NCBI RefSeq assembly: GCF_009914755.1 | Contig: NC_060943.1 | Reading direction: 5' to 3' (one strand) | From: the human T2T-CHM13v2.0 reference genome, Homo sapiens | Length of the DNA stretch: 64,000 bases | Part shown: piece by piece, positions 1-12,009 of the stretch | Layout: each line of letters starts with the position of its first letter | How positions within the stretch are numbered: the first letter of the stretch is position 1 | The notes under the pieces: generated by a model | Databases searched by the model: none | What the model was told of the DNA's origin: nothing | What the model saw: only the letters and a program-made list of their open reading frames with translations | Translations under genes and position numbers: made by a program

Positions 1-306
<306 letters not shown>

Positions 307-1146
307 TCAGAGACCATGAGGCCACCTGTTCTGTCTTAGAGAAGCATAGACTTTCTGAAGTGTAAATTGAGCAGCAGTGTTGGGTCATGGACTGACACAT
401 GACCAACAGTCACAGCCCCTGGTGTCTCTCCTGGTTTCTCCCTGTCCAGCTGACTGGCTGGCCCAACTTAGGGTCCTCACCTGGAACGTGCAGCTGCTGG
501 GCCCCTTCCAGCTTCAGTTCTACTTTGCCCTCCTAGGTGTGTTTTCTCTGTGACTTCTCTTTCAAGAACATCCTAGAGATGGGTGTTGATAGACTTTCCA
601 TTGTCCTTAAACCCTGTGGATACTGGGTAGCCTGGCCTGGAACTAGATGTTTTCAGCAGAAATAACACAGGGGAGACCAGGGGCAAGCCTGAAGATCAGT
701 TTGGTCTTCAGGCAGTGGAGCCACAAGTCAGGGCAGTTTTCCTGAGATGTTTCATAGTGACTGACTTGAGCCAGTGACCCCTAAAGATAGAGGAGAGTCT
801 AAGGAATGATCTAGAAAAAGTGAAGAGAACAGAAAAGAGCTGGTAGCTTTGGATCAGAATCACGTTCCCTGTCCTGGGTCCTTGATGCTTTCTCTCCCCC
901 TGCAGGTGAGGACCATGTGGATCTTTCTAGAAATATATGTAGACATTCGCAAATGCAGAATTGACTGGAGGAAAAGGGGAGCATAAAATGCTGGAAATCT
1001 GGCCCTCATAGATCATGTTTATTTGGTGGATATGAGACAGAAATTTGGGAAGAAGTTTTGCAAATGTTTTCTCTGATTGGACATTCTACTCTCTGATTCC
1101 ATGAGTTTGACTACCCTAGGGACCTCATATAAGTGGATTCCAGAGT

Positions 1147-1635
1147 ACACTTCTATTATGATTTGTTTTTAATAAATGGGGTCTGGAGAGAGAAAAATTA
1201 TGCTTTAAAAGAAATTCTATAGTACATCTGTTGTTGGTTGTTCTTGAGTTTTATTCTGCAGTTTGGACCAAATCATAGATTCTTAGTGGGCTTCAGGTTC
1301 CCAAACTAAAGCTTTCAAAACTTTACCTTTAAAATTGGGAATTGTACTCTTCATCCTAGTAGTCATTATTTACCTTATACTATGCTGTTAACTTAAATAC
1401 TGAAACTGTAAATGAGAGTACTAATGCCTTGGTCATGCAAGCCTTGGAGCTTTAGCGTGGCTCACATGAGTATGCTTAGACAGCTGCAAAGTGGTTTCAC
1501 TCCTCTCACCTTGGGATCAACTCCCATTCCCACTATGTCCCCTGTCAGCAGGAAGCCAGAGCAATTGATGACCTTTTTCTATCTTCATAGCCTACACCTT
1601 AATCTTAAAGTGTCTTAAAACTCAGAGGAAGGGAT
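1147..1635 (+). mobile_element. ERV1 (MER4-group) internal 3' remnant abutting the LTR8
   Basis: MER4-int-like motif gagagaaaaattatg; purine tract agaggaagggat immediately before the LTR. Left end approximate. Confidence 0.6.
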
Positions 1636-2303
1636 TGAAGATGCCTTTGCAAAGTTATGACTGAAACAGTGAAAGAGATCTAACTGAATCAACCCCATCT
1701 TGCTTCTGACCTTTAAGCTGTTCGTGTTCCTTCCTGGGTATAGGCAGAACCACTTTGGGAGGAACTTGGTTTATAGTTTAAAACAAGATGATAACAGCTC
1801 TTTCCCCAAACAAACCTCCCTCTTGCCTAGGGACTAGAATGCCTTTGTAGGACTAACAACCACAAGATTAGAAATTATGGTTTAGGAGTCACACAGCTGG
1901 AGGCTACAAGATTTTGACCCTCATGTCAGTGCTTGAGGTATTTTGCAGACCCTGCCCTTGGTGGATCAGCTGGCACCAACCAGATCAATAAACTGGCTCA
2001 TCTGACCTTGTGGCCCCCATGCAGGAACTGACTCAGCACAAGAGGACAGCTTCAACTTTCCATGATTTCACCTCTGACCCAACCAATCAGCACTCTTGAC
2101 TCACTTGCCTTCTCCCACTCACCAAATTATCTTTAAAATCTCTGATGCCCGAATGCTCAGAGACTTATTTGAGTACTAATAAAACTCTGGTCTCCTGCAC
2201 AGCCAGTTCTATATGAATTACTCTTTCTCTACTGCCAATCCATTGTCTTGATAAATTGTCTCTGTCTAGGCAGTGGGCAAGGTGAACCCACTGGGTGGTT
2301 ACA
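1636..2303 (+). mobile_element. LTR8-like ERV1 LTR
   Basis: Starts tgaagatgcctttgcaaagttatgactgaaacagtgaaagagatc, ends ggttaca; internal AATAAA near 2178. Confidence 0.8.
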
Positions 2304-2378
2304 AATTGAGCCCATGAGCTTTGGGGACTGCAGACCTGTGCTTCTGACTCTAACTCCGTGGTGAGTCAGTGTAGAAAC

Positions 2379-3139
2379 TGAAACCACCTTTGTAAAGATT
2401 ATGACAGTGAGAGCAAGCTAGCATGGCTGACTCCATCTAGCCTCTAGCTTCAGGCTGGCCATCCTCATTAATTCCCAGGCATAGGCCAGGCTAACCATGG
2501 GAAGAATTTGTAGTTTAACTTTGAAGCAATGATGATAATAGTCCCCCTTAAAATTTACCCCCTCCTTGCTCAGGGACTGCCTTTGTAAAACTAATGAAAG
2601 ACCATGAGATTAAGATTATTGGAGGGTCCCAAATTTTGCTAAAATGTAGGCATAGTTTCTGCAATTCCTTACTGCTCAGGACTCATGTGTACAGAGGTCA
2701 CAAGATTTATGACTTCCTTAATTGCTTCTATAGATAACATCACTATTGTAGAACCTGAGATTGGTCTTTTAAGATGTTCCTCAGACTTTTGCATTTTGGC
2801 AACCAGCATAACTCATCCAGACCCATGATTAATGATTCATCCATTCATGTGGCTTCCATCCAGAGGCAGATTTAACACAAACAGATCATTTTCCCCACCT
2901 GCATGATTTCATCCCCAACCAGTCAGCAGTACTCATTCCTTAGACCTCTGCAGCTGAAACTATCCTTGAAAACCTCTAATTTCTGAGCCACTAGAGAGGC
3001 TAATTTGTACAATAATAAACTTCTGTCCTCCTGTTTGACAGTCTTTGCCTAACTAAAATCTTTTGTAACTGCAAGTCACCATCTCAGTAAATTGGTTTTG
3101 TCTGTGCAGGGTGCAAGAGGAACCCATCAGGTGATTATA
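2379..3139 (+). mobile_element. LTR8B-like solo LTR in intron 2 of copy 1
   Basis: Starts tgaaaccacctttgtaaagattatgacagtgagag; 761 bp; inverted paralog at 30909-31669. Confidence 0.8.
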
Positions 3140-5153
3140 AGAGTGGACTGAGGAGTTGCTCATTTCTTTCCAGTGGCTTGTTTCATGTTTTGGCTCACGG
3201 AGGAAGAGAACCCTGGATGGGGACACAGTGGAAGCTTGTTCTCCTGGTGATCTGGGGATATTGGCTCATGATGGAGCCTGGCAGGGGTGACTGCTCTGGC
3301 TGATTTCTGTGCCTTTCCTATTGTCCAGGAGGTGGGCCAGGCTACAGTGTGAATAGGAAGGGAACAGAACAGTCAGCCTTGTTAGAGGGAGTGTCTGGGG
3401 AAGGCCTACGTGTGGGGGAAGCTGTGCAGGGTGCAGTATCGTAGCTGGAATGAAGGGGGAGGAAAATGAGGGACATGGAGGAGCAGAGACACCCATGGCA
3501 GTGAGCAGTGGGGGCTACAGTGACCTAAAAGACCTCAAGGTCCAGGGGCCCCCACTTCCTTAGTCCAGGACCAGGGAGCCCTGGAAACCCTTCTATGCCC
3601 AGGGAGCCTCAGTGTCACATGAGATGGGGTGGCTTTAGGAGTAGGGGTTCATAGGGATAGAACATGGGTCTCAGGCCCTGAAGGACAGAAAACCAGTGTG
3701 GACAGAAACTCCTAGGATTCTGTATCCAGAATCAGGTATCTAAAGAGGTTATAGATTATTCATTCCTTCATTCATTCCCTCCCTCCTTCACGAGAAAGCT
3801 TCTGAGTGTGTATGTTACATTGGGCCTGTGCTGCTGCAGGGTGCCAGTGGGGAGAGAAAGCTATGACCTCTCTTTTATCCTCCCATGGGAGTGACACCAA
3901 CACATTGGGATACAAGATTTCAGGTCCAGTGAGGGGCATTAGGATCTGAGGGGGAGGACTGGATATTCCTTGCACTGACTTTGATCATTGAGGCAGGCAA
4001 TTTAGTTCTGGAGTAAAAACTTATCAGTTGTCCATTTGCTCTCACTCCTCTGAGGTCTAGATAAGCATGAAGAAAGGATTTGAGCCAATGGATGACTGTG
4101 GGGTCCCCAGGACCCCCAAATCCCCACTTCTGGTGGAGGAGAGGATGGGGCTGTGGCTGCAGCCAGACCTCTAGTGACTCTGATCTGCCACTTGTGTTTG
4201 TGTGACCCTGGTTCAGTGACTATGCCTCCCTGTGTCTCAGTTTTCTCCCAGTCAGATAAGCTAAATGGCAAATGGTCTGTGGCTTGTCATGTTGTCTGTG
4301 AATGAAGTTTAAATTATTCACAGTCACCTGACCTAATGCTTGGCACAGAGGACGTGTTCACACAAACAATGTTTATTATTATTTGCCTGCATGAAAGAGC
4401 ATATCTAGGCCTGATCCATGATGAACAAGATGCTACCAGGAACATCTTCTCTCTTCTGTTTCTGCCCCTGAAGACATTGAATTATCTACGGAGTCTCTTA
4501 AGTCTCCCAGGGCAGTTGGCTGATGGCCTAAGAAGCTTGTCCATCTGTCCTCTGCACTCTGAGTCTCAGGTGAAGGACTAGGCTCTGTCCATGCCCAGAT
4601 GAGGCTCTGGGTGCTGAGCCCTGGCTGTTAAACAGCTCCAGGAACCATGGCCCTTGTACAGCTGGTAAACCTTTGCTCCCAGTCAGCCCTGCCCAGGAGG
4701 CCACAACCTAACCCTGGCACACATTCCCGAGGGTCACATGAAGTCAGGATTCTGGGACCGGGTTCTGGGGCTGAGGCTTCCAGGGTTGAACTTCTCTAAG
4801 AGAATCCCCGAGGGCCCCCCAGGCCAGGCCCTGACCCAGTTCTCCAAGGAATTTCTCAGGGTCATGTCCATGGGGAAGGCACGGAGTGCTTGGCTGAGAC
4901 TGTTCTCCACCTGCTGTGTCCCTCCCATCAGACTGTCCTTCCTCTGCAGTGAATGTCTGCAGGGTCTGGATTTGGGGAAACAATTTTGATCTGCAGATGT
5001 TTGTCTCCCCTGTGTGTGTCCTGCACTAAATGCTCAAACCCTAAAATGGGACATAATGCAGAGGGCTACACAGGCACAGTCCAGGTCTAACAGTCCTGTG
5101 TGTTTGAAGTAGAACTGACCCCCGACACCCAGAAGTCATGAGGAATCACTCAC

Positions 5154-5513
5154 GGTGTACGCTGATCTGTGCAGTTACTTTTTCAGTCATAAGATCTGCC
5201 TTTAAAATTTGCACGGTGTAGGATCCTGAGTCATTCAGGGCGATGTTCCAGATCTCCAGGCGTGCTTTGGGGTATACTGTCTCTTGGCCACTGTATGCAG
5301 GCCCTGGGATAGTTACTTCATTGTGTATTACATATCTTGCAATTCAGTCGTCGGCATCTATTGTTTCCCCTTTGTACCAGTTGTGGCCAAGTATATCCTG
5401 GGGCAGATTGTAGACAAGTAGAACAACCTCCTTCTCCTCTACCGCATTAGATGGCAGAACTTCAACTGTAACTTGGGCAGTGGTGGGTGGGTTCCAGAAG
5501 GTGAAAAGTGAGG
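5154..5513 (-). pseudogene. N (IgV) exon of copy 1
   Basis: ctag| ... |gtgagt, 360 nt. Reads ASLFTFWNPPTTAQVTVEVLPSNAVEEKEVVLLVYNLPQDILGHNWYKGETIDADD*...; TGA at 5344-5346. Confidence 0.95.
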
Positions 5514-6386
5514 CTAGGAGAGAGAGAGAGAGCATCAGTCAACATTGGGACCTATGTATTGGGGGGGAAAGATGGGGCCCTGTGTCCTGAGAAGGTCTCT
5601 TCACCCCTCAGCCTTTGAGTATGTATGTGTGTGTGTGTCCTACTGAGTCAAGGTTAGCAGCATGATCCCCATTCCTTCAACATCTCTGACCTTGGCATTT
5701 TCCTGTTTGGAATCCTCTTCCCCAGGGGTCTGCTCGGCCCCCTCCCCACTGCCCTCAGGTCCTGCTCACATCAGGCATCCTTGGGAGACTCTTCCCCTGA
5801 CACCTCCTCTAGAGACCCTGGGTCTTCCCTTGCTGACCTTTCCCTGTTCTGTTTACTCCACAACTCCTGTCAACACCTGACCTCACATTCTAGATCTCTT
5901 TGCATGTCTGTCTTCCTTCCCATGAAAGCATGAGCTCTGTGAGAGCAGGGTCTTGTGTGATCTTGGTTGCACCTCAGTTCCTGGGACAGGCTGCAGACTC
6001 CTGTGGATGAGCTCATGAGCGTTCCCAAGGTCTTCCATGTCCTGGACCAATTTCTGAGGTTGGAGGCTGAGGATAATGTTTCATGCCCTGGTTATGTTTT
6101 TATTTGAAGTGTCATCTGATATAGTTATTATTATCATTTTTCAAAATTTAGTGGCCAGTGATGATTAACCAGGAAAACAGAATACTTAAGATTTTCCTAC
6201 CTCTTACCAGTTCCAGTTTTATATGATTTTCCTGTTGTGACCCCTGTTCCTCTCTGGTGTCCTCTCCCGTATCCAGGCTCCAACAGAAGCCCTCAGTCCC
6301 CGCTCAGAGCTCTGTCCTCCCCAGGAGACCCCAGCCAGTCACTCTGCTTCCTCCTTGTGTTCACTCCCAGAAAGTTCTCTCTTCAC

Positions 6387-6450
6387 CTGTGAGCAGGAGC
6401 CCCTGTCAGGGGATGCGCTGTGTGCAGGGAGGGGCTGAGAGGGGCCTCAT
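6387..6450 (-). pseudogene. Leader exon of copy 1
   Basis: MRPLSAPPCTQRIP*QGLLLT; conserved Trp codon changed to TGA; gtgaag donor. Confidence 0.95.
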
Positions 6451-6815
6451 GGCTTGTGCTGCCTGCGTGTTCTCTTCTGTGGAGGTGAGCCTGGGATCCG
6501 GAAACTTTCTGAGCATGGTTGTCAGCTGTGCTGTGCTTCCTCCTTCTGCGCTGAGCCTCTTCCCAGGGCAGGAGCGCCTCTCAGGCTCATGGTTGGGGTC
6601 TGTGCCCAGGACACCTCTCTGTCCCCTCCCCTCTCAGTCCTGCCTCCCTGTCTCTTTTCTACCTTTCTCTTCTGTCTGTGTTTCAGGCCCCTGGGAATTG
6701 CTGAGGCCTCTGCCTCCTTCAGCAGTGATTCTCTCACCCAACCTCTACACATGCTATGTGCAGACACACAGACACACACACAAAGAGACACACAGATACA
6801 CATAGTCACACAGAA
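6451..6815 (-). promoter_or_regulatory. CEACAM/PSG-type TATA-less promoter/5'UTR of copy 1 with upstream (CA)n-like tract
   Basis: Mirror of 27235-27616, including the gtgtcctgggcacagacccc.ccat core element; degenerate CA repeat at ~6762-6812. Confidence 0.6.
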
Positions 6816-9323
6816 ACCCTGTAGTTTGGGTGAGCCCAGTTCTGGGTCCTCAGCATCCAGCCATGTTTATGGCTCCAGGTCAGCCTGCACAGTTACCCCT
6901 TCTGCCCTCTTCCATCCCCACCTGGCTCTTCCGTTCAGAGCAGGAGGCTTGGACTGCACCAGGGCCCTGTCACAGGGATCTACCCTCACTGTGCTTTGGG
7001 TGAGCTGAGTGCTGGCTGGTGAGAGGGACCCTTTTTCTCATTGTGTCAATATTGGCTACAGTTTCCAAGGATGGACATTCAATGACCCGGGTGTCCCAGA
7101 AGAGACTGTCCTTCCTGGAGGTGTGCAGGATGAATCTCTCATGCCTTCTGGGAAGAGAGGCCTCTGCTGGTTGGTCAGTGGGGGCTGTGGTCCCAGGAAC
7201 TGGTCTCAGCCACTCTCTTGCACCCTGGGTTCTGGTTGCTGAGCTGGGGCTGAGGCCCATTCATGTTTTCTCTGACTATCTTTGGTGTCCCGTCATCTGC
7301 CCAGCTGACTGTCCTGTGGTCACTCCACCTTCCCCAAGGCTGATGCAGCAGGGAGTAGGGGGCTGCCCAGGGACTTCACAGGACATGGCTCTCTGAGACC
7401 CAGGACAGAGAACCTGGGACAGAGCAGGGGCTCAGAGCTGAAGACATTCAATCTGACTTACTCTGTGGCCAGGATGGGCTCAGCCCTCCCTGTGCTGACA
7501 TTCCCTGGGGTCTGTCCTGAGGGTTTTGACCTTGTCAAGGCCCTCAGTGTAGAGGAAGAACAGGCAGTGGCAGCAGACCCCATGTGGGGGTCACTGCTCA
7601 CACCTGAGAGGGCAGATGGGGTGGAATTTTGGGATGGATTCATATTTAAGGAATGATCCAACAGTAGACAATTTTGAAAATGTACAGAAATTCCTATGCT
7701 ATAAGTTTATTCTGCATAAGGTATTTTTTCTTAATAAGATAATTGACTTTTCATTCATAGATAGCTAATATGGCCTAAAATGGTGAGAACATCAGAGTGG
7801 ACTGTTTGGTGTCTTGTGGTGTGGTTTCATGCTTTATTTCTCCCACCCCATATCTACAGAATTCTCCATATTCCGTTTTGTAATGTAACTCAGTGGGTGT
7901 CATTCTGGTTTGTGGTTACAGACCATTGGAAAACCCGTACCCTCTCTGCTGCGAGGTACAGGCAGCAATGTGGCATCAGCTCTAAACATGCTTTCTCCCG
8001 TGACATCAAATTGCTGATTAAGTAAAAGTCATTTCAACAGATACTGAAGATGTCAGTTGTACCCCTCACATACTCACAATTCTTTCACCAAGAGATGAAG
8101 GATTTTACTGGTGAGTTGCTTTGAGAGGTTAGTGTAGATCTGATTCTGTCAGGGCCACTTTTGCCCTCTGAGTGGGCATTTGGCAAAGTCTGGAGAAATT
8201 GTTGGTTGACAGAACTGGGGGAGGGAGTCCTGTGGCATTGAGTGGGTAGAGTTCCCAGAGGGTGCTGAACACCCTGCTGCTCACAGAGCCCCATTAGCAT
8301 GACCACCCCTGTGTCAATGCTGAGGAGTGCAGAACCCTGCTGTGCCCTTCTTTAGCTTCCCTGGGTCTTCCCCAGACCTGATCCTTTCATCTTTCTGGAC
8401 TGCTTTCCCATCTCAGCTCCCTCCTTGCACCTTAGTTCCCTCCATCTGAACTCACACTTAGTCCAAGGCCAGCCCTGATCTCTCAACTCTCTTGGCCCCT
8501 TTTTGCTCCTTAGCAGGAGGGAACCACTAGAGGGCACCCTCACCATTCCTGGAGCTCATGCCCTCCCTTTCAATTTTGAGACAAATATGGCTGCTTTTAC
8601 TGTCACAACTCCAGCCCTCCGCATTCTTTAGCTTTACTCAGGCAGCAGCACCTGGACAGGCATCATGGACCCCAGGGAGGACTGTCACTCTGGAGATTTT
8701 GGTGGCATGGACTGGAGACCTGAAGCCACCCCAAGGCCCAAGTCACTGGGGAGAGGCTGGGTCCAGGTGAGGGAGCTTCACACTTGGTCCAGATGCCCCT
8801 GCCTAGTGTGGGCACTGGGGACATGTCCATTTGTCTGTGTCCCTAAAGGTCCTGTCACTCAGGATCTGTGCCTGAGGGCTTTGACAGAGCTGCTGTGGAG
8901 CTTTCCACATGGGGCCTTTCCCAGTGGAGCACGAGTCCTCCCAGGGATTTCAAGGAGGGCCGTTGCCTGGAAGAATCAGAAGGAATGTGGCAGCCACCAG
9001 GTGCAGGCTCCTCTCAGGGCCTGAAAAAAGGGACCTCTTTTCATCATTTGCCACTCATGTCTGCACTGTCTGCATCAGGATGGAATGATGTGGAATTTCA
9101 TGCAAGGTCATTTTGCTTCTGTTCTGCTAATAATTTTTTTTCTAGTTAATCTTTTGAAGTAAAGGCAATTGTTGACTTTTGGGTGTTAAACTCACCTTTC
9201 ATTTTTGGGGAACAAACTCAATGTGGTAAATCCTGACTTTTTTGGGGTCATATTTCATTTGTGGATTTTCCCTCTCTGTTCCCAAGTAGGGCATGCAGTT
9301 TTACTTTTTCATTGCATGATATT

Positions 9324-10400
9324 CACCTCCCTGTGTCCATGTGTTCTCATTGTTCAACTCCCACTTATGAGTGAGAACATGCGGTGATTCGTTTTCTGTT
9401 CCTGTGTTAGTTTGCTGAGAATGATGGTTTCCAGCTTCATCCATGTCTCTTCAAAGGACATGAACTCATCTTTTTTTATGGATGCGTAGTATTTCATGGT
9501 GTATATGTGCCACATTTTCTTTATCCAGTCTATCATTGATGGGCATTTGGGCATTTGGGTTGGTTTCAAGTCTTTGCTATTGAGAGTAGTGCAGCAATAA
9601 ACATATGTGTGCATGTGTCTTTATAGTAGAATGATTTATAATCCTTTGGGTATATACCCAGTAATGGGACTGCTGGGTCAAATGGTATTTCTGGTTCTAG
9701 ATCCTTGAGGAATCGCCACACCATCTTCCACAATGGTTGAGCTAATTTACACTCCCACCAACAGTGTAAAAGCATTCCTATTTCTCCACATCCTCTCCAG
9801 CATCTCTTGTTTCCTGACTTTTTAATGATTACCATTCTAACTGGTGTGAAATGGTATCTCATTGTGGTTTTGATTTACATTCCTTTAATGACCAGTGATG
9901 ATGGGATTTTTTTCATATGTTTGCTGGCTGCATAAATGTCTTCTTTTTAGAAGTGTCTGTTCGTATCCTTTGCCCACTTTTTGATGGGGTTGTTTGATTT
10001 TTTTCTTGTAATTTGTTTAAGTTCTGTGTAGATTCTGGATATTAGCCCTTTGTCAGATGGATAGATTGCAAAACTTTTCTCCTATTCTGTAGGTTGCCTC
10101 TTCACTCTGATGATAGTTTCTTTTGCTGTGCAGAAGCTCTTTAGTTTAATTAGATCCAATTGGTCAATTTTGGCTTTTGTTGCCATTGCTTTTGGTGATT
10201 TAGTCATGAAGTCTTTGCCCATGCCTATGTCCTGAATGGTATTGCCTAGGTTTTCTTCTTGGGTTTTTACGGTTTTAGGTCTTACGTTTAAGTCTTTAAT
10301 CCAGCTTGAGTTAATTTTTGTATAAGATGTAAGGGAGGGGTCCAGTTTCAGTTTTCTGCATATGGCCAGCCAGTTTTCCCAATACCATTTATTAAATAGG
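9324..10400 (-). mobile_element. L1PA fragment (ORF2 C-terminus/3'UTR, lacking terminal 3' end and tail)
   Basis: ORFs 9354-9614 and 9566-9862 match the L1 ORF2p C-terminus ([10 protein letters not shown]...CWRGCGE...HCWWECK). Confidence 0.92.
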
Positions 10401-12005
10401 AGCTTTCAACCCTGCCACAGCTGCGTTTATACCCATTCTTTCTCACTGCTAACGCAGTTTATTTCTTCTTCTTCTATTGCTTTGTTGATGAATTAGTCCA
10501 GAAGTTTAAATAACCTTTTGAATGCTTTGGGTTTTTAAATTTGTCTTCTAGTTTATTATTTTCTACCTTTAAGTTTCTTACACTTTTATTCTACTTGCTT
10601 TGTTTTTCACTCACTTCTTATTTGGATGATTAACTCATTTTTAATCAATGTTTTCAGTGGAAGCATTTTGGGTTGTGAATTCCCTGGGGCATCACTGTGG
10701 CTGCATCTTACGACTTTTGGTAGATGTAGCTGTTAGTCAAGTACCAGGTACTTAATATGTTCATCACTGTGTCTTGATTGACCCGTGCTTTGAAAATCCC
10801 CAGATGTCTAATTTTTCTAATTTCTAAAATTTATGTTATAGCGATTACATCTAGATCGAACTGTATACAAAATATGTGCTTGAGTAAAAATTATTCAATA
10901 ATATCTGCTAATATATGAGTAAGCCCAGTCTTCATAAATGTTCCTTGTGGACTTGAAGAGAACGTCTATGGTGCAGGGTATTTGGCTGTAGTGTGCCATC
11001 GTCATTGCCTGTTGATTGTGTGGTTGAAATGTGTATCATTTGTAGAGATTAGGCATGTTCCTTGAGTACTGACAAAGTCTTTAAAGTGACTTATTGTGGA
11101 CAACATGGACATTCACAGTGTTAGGTGGATAACTAGCAACTGTCTTGAACAGAACAACATATTCCTGGACATGTTCCAAATGAATAAAACTTAAATGTCA
11201 AATCAAAGCCACCAAAGCACCTCAAAGTGGGGAAGGACTTTGTTATTGTATAGCCAAGGAAGAAAAGATTGATACCCATGAAAATTTCGAAAAGAGTCTT
11301 CACGTCAAAAAATTCTCTTTAAGGAAAACAAATACTATCTTAAACTATTTGCCATTATAATAAACAGGTAATGTGCTATTATATAAAGGATACTCAAAAT
11401 TAACAAGACTAAAGAATAGCAGAAGGCAAATATATGAAAATCAGTTCACAGAAGAAATGTTAATGCTCACTGTTTTCAAGATCATGATGTTTATTTAACA
11501 TATTAGAGTTCCTAGCCTGAAGCAATAAGAAATGAAAGATAAATCAGTGGTATGAGGATTAAAAAACTAGAAATAAAACCATCATTAATTTCAAAGAATA
11601 ACATTGTTTATATAGAAAGATTCAAAATAGTCTAATGGAAATAATTAGAAATAATAAGAGAGTTTAGGGAGCTGAGTAGTATAAGAATAGACTAAAATAT
11701 GTTAATTTAACAACAAACAACTAGATAGTGTAATTAAAGAGAACATAATAGTGCCAGAGAATATAAAATATTTAGGAATCAATTCAACCAAAACCAAAAT
11801 GCACACAATCTCTTCAGACAAAATTATAGCAATCAAGAAACACTAAAGCAGGCCTTACTAAATGGAGAACTATACCATATTTATGCATCAGAAAAATAAA
11901 TTTTCTAAAGATATCAATTCTGTTTGAATTGATGTATTGATTACATATAAATAGGTTCACCACATTGATTACAAATCTCTGAGGCCAAAAAGTTGTAAAA
12001 CTTTC
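10401..12005. mobile_element. Old L1M fragments (mixed orientation)
   Basis: AT-rich L1-like sequence; inverted paralog at ~19955-21600. Confidence 0.6.
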
Positions 12006-12009
12006 CTTT

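Noticed and set aside
6257-7396. Overlapping 120-184 aa ORFs at promoter 1, and similar ones at 27049-27885
   Set aside because: Chance ORFs in GC-rich promoter and dinucleotide-repeat sequence; no recognisable protein similarity.
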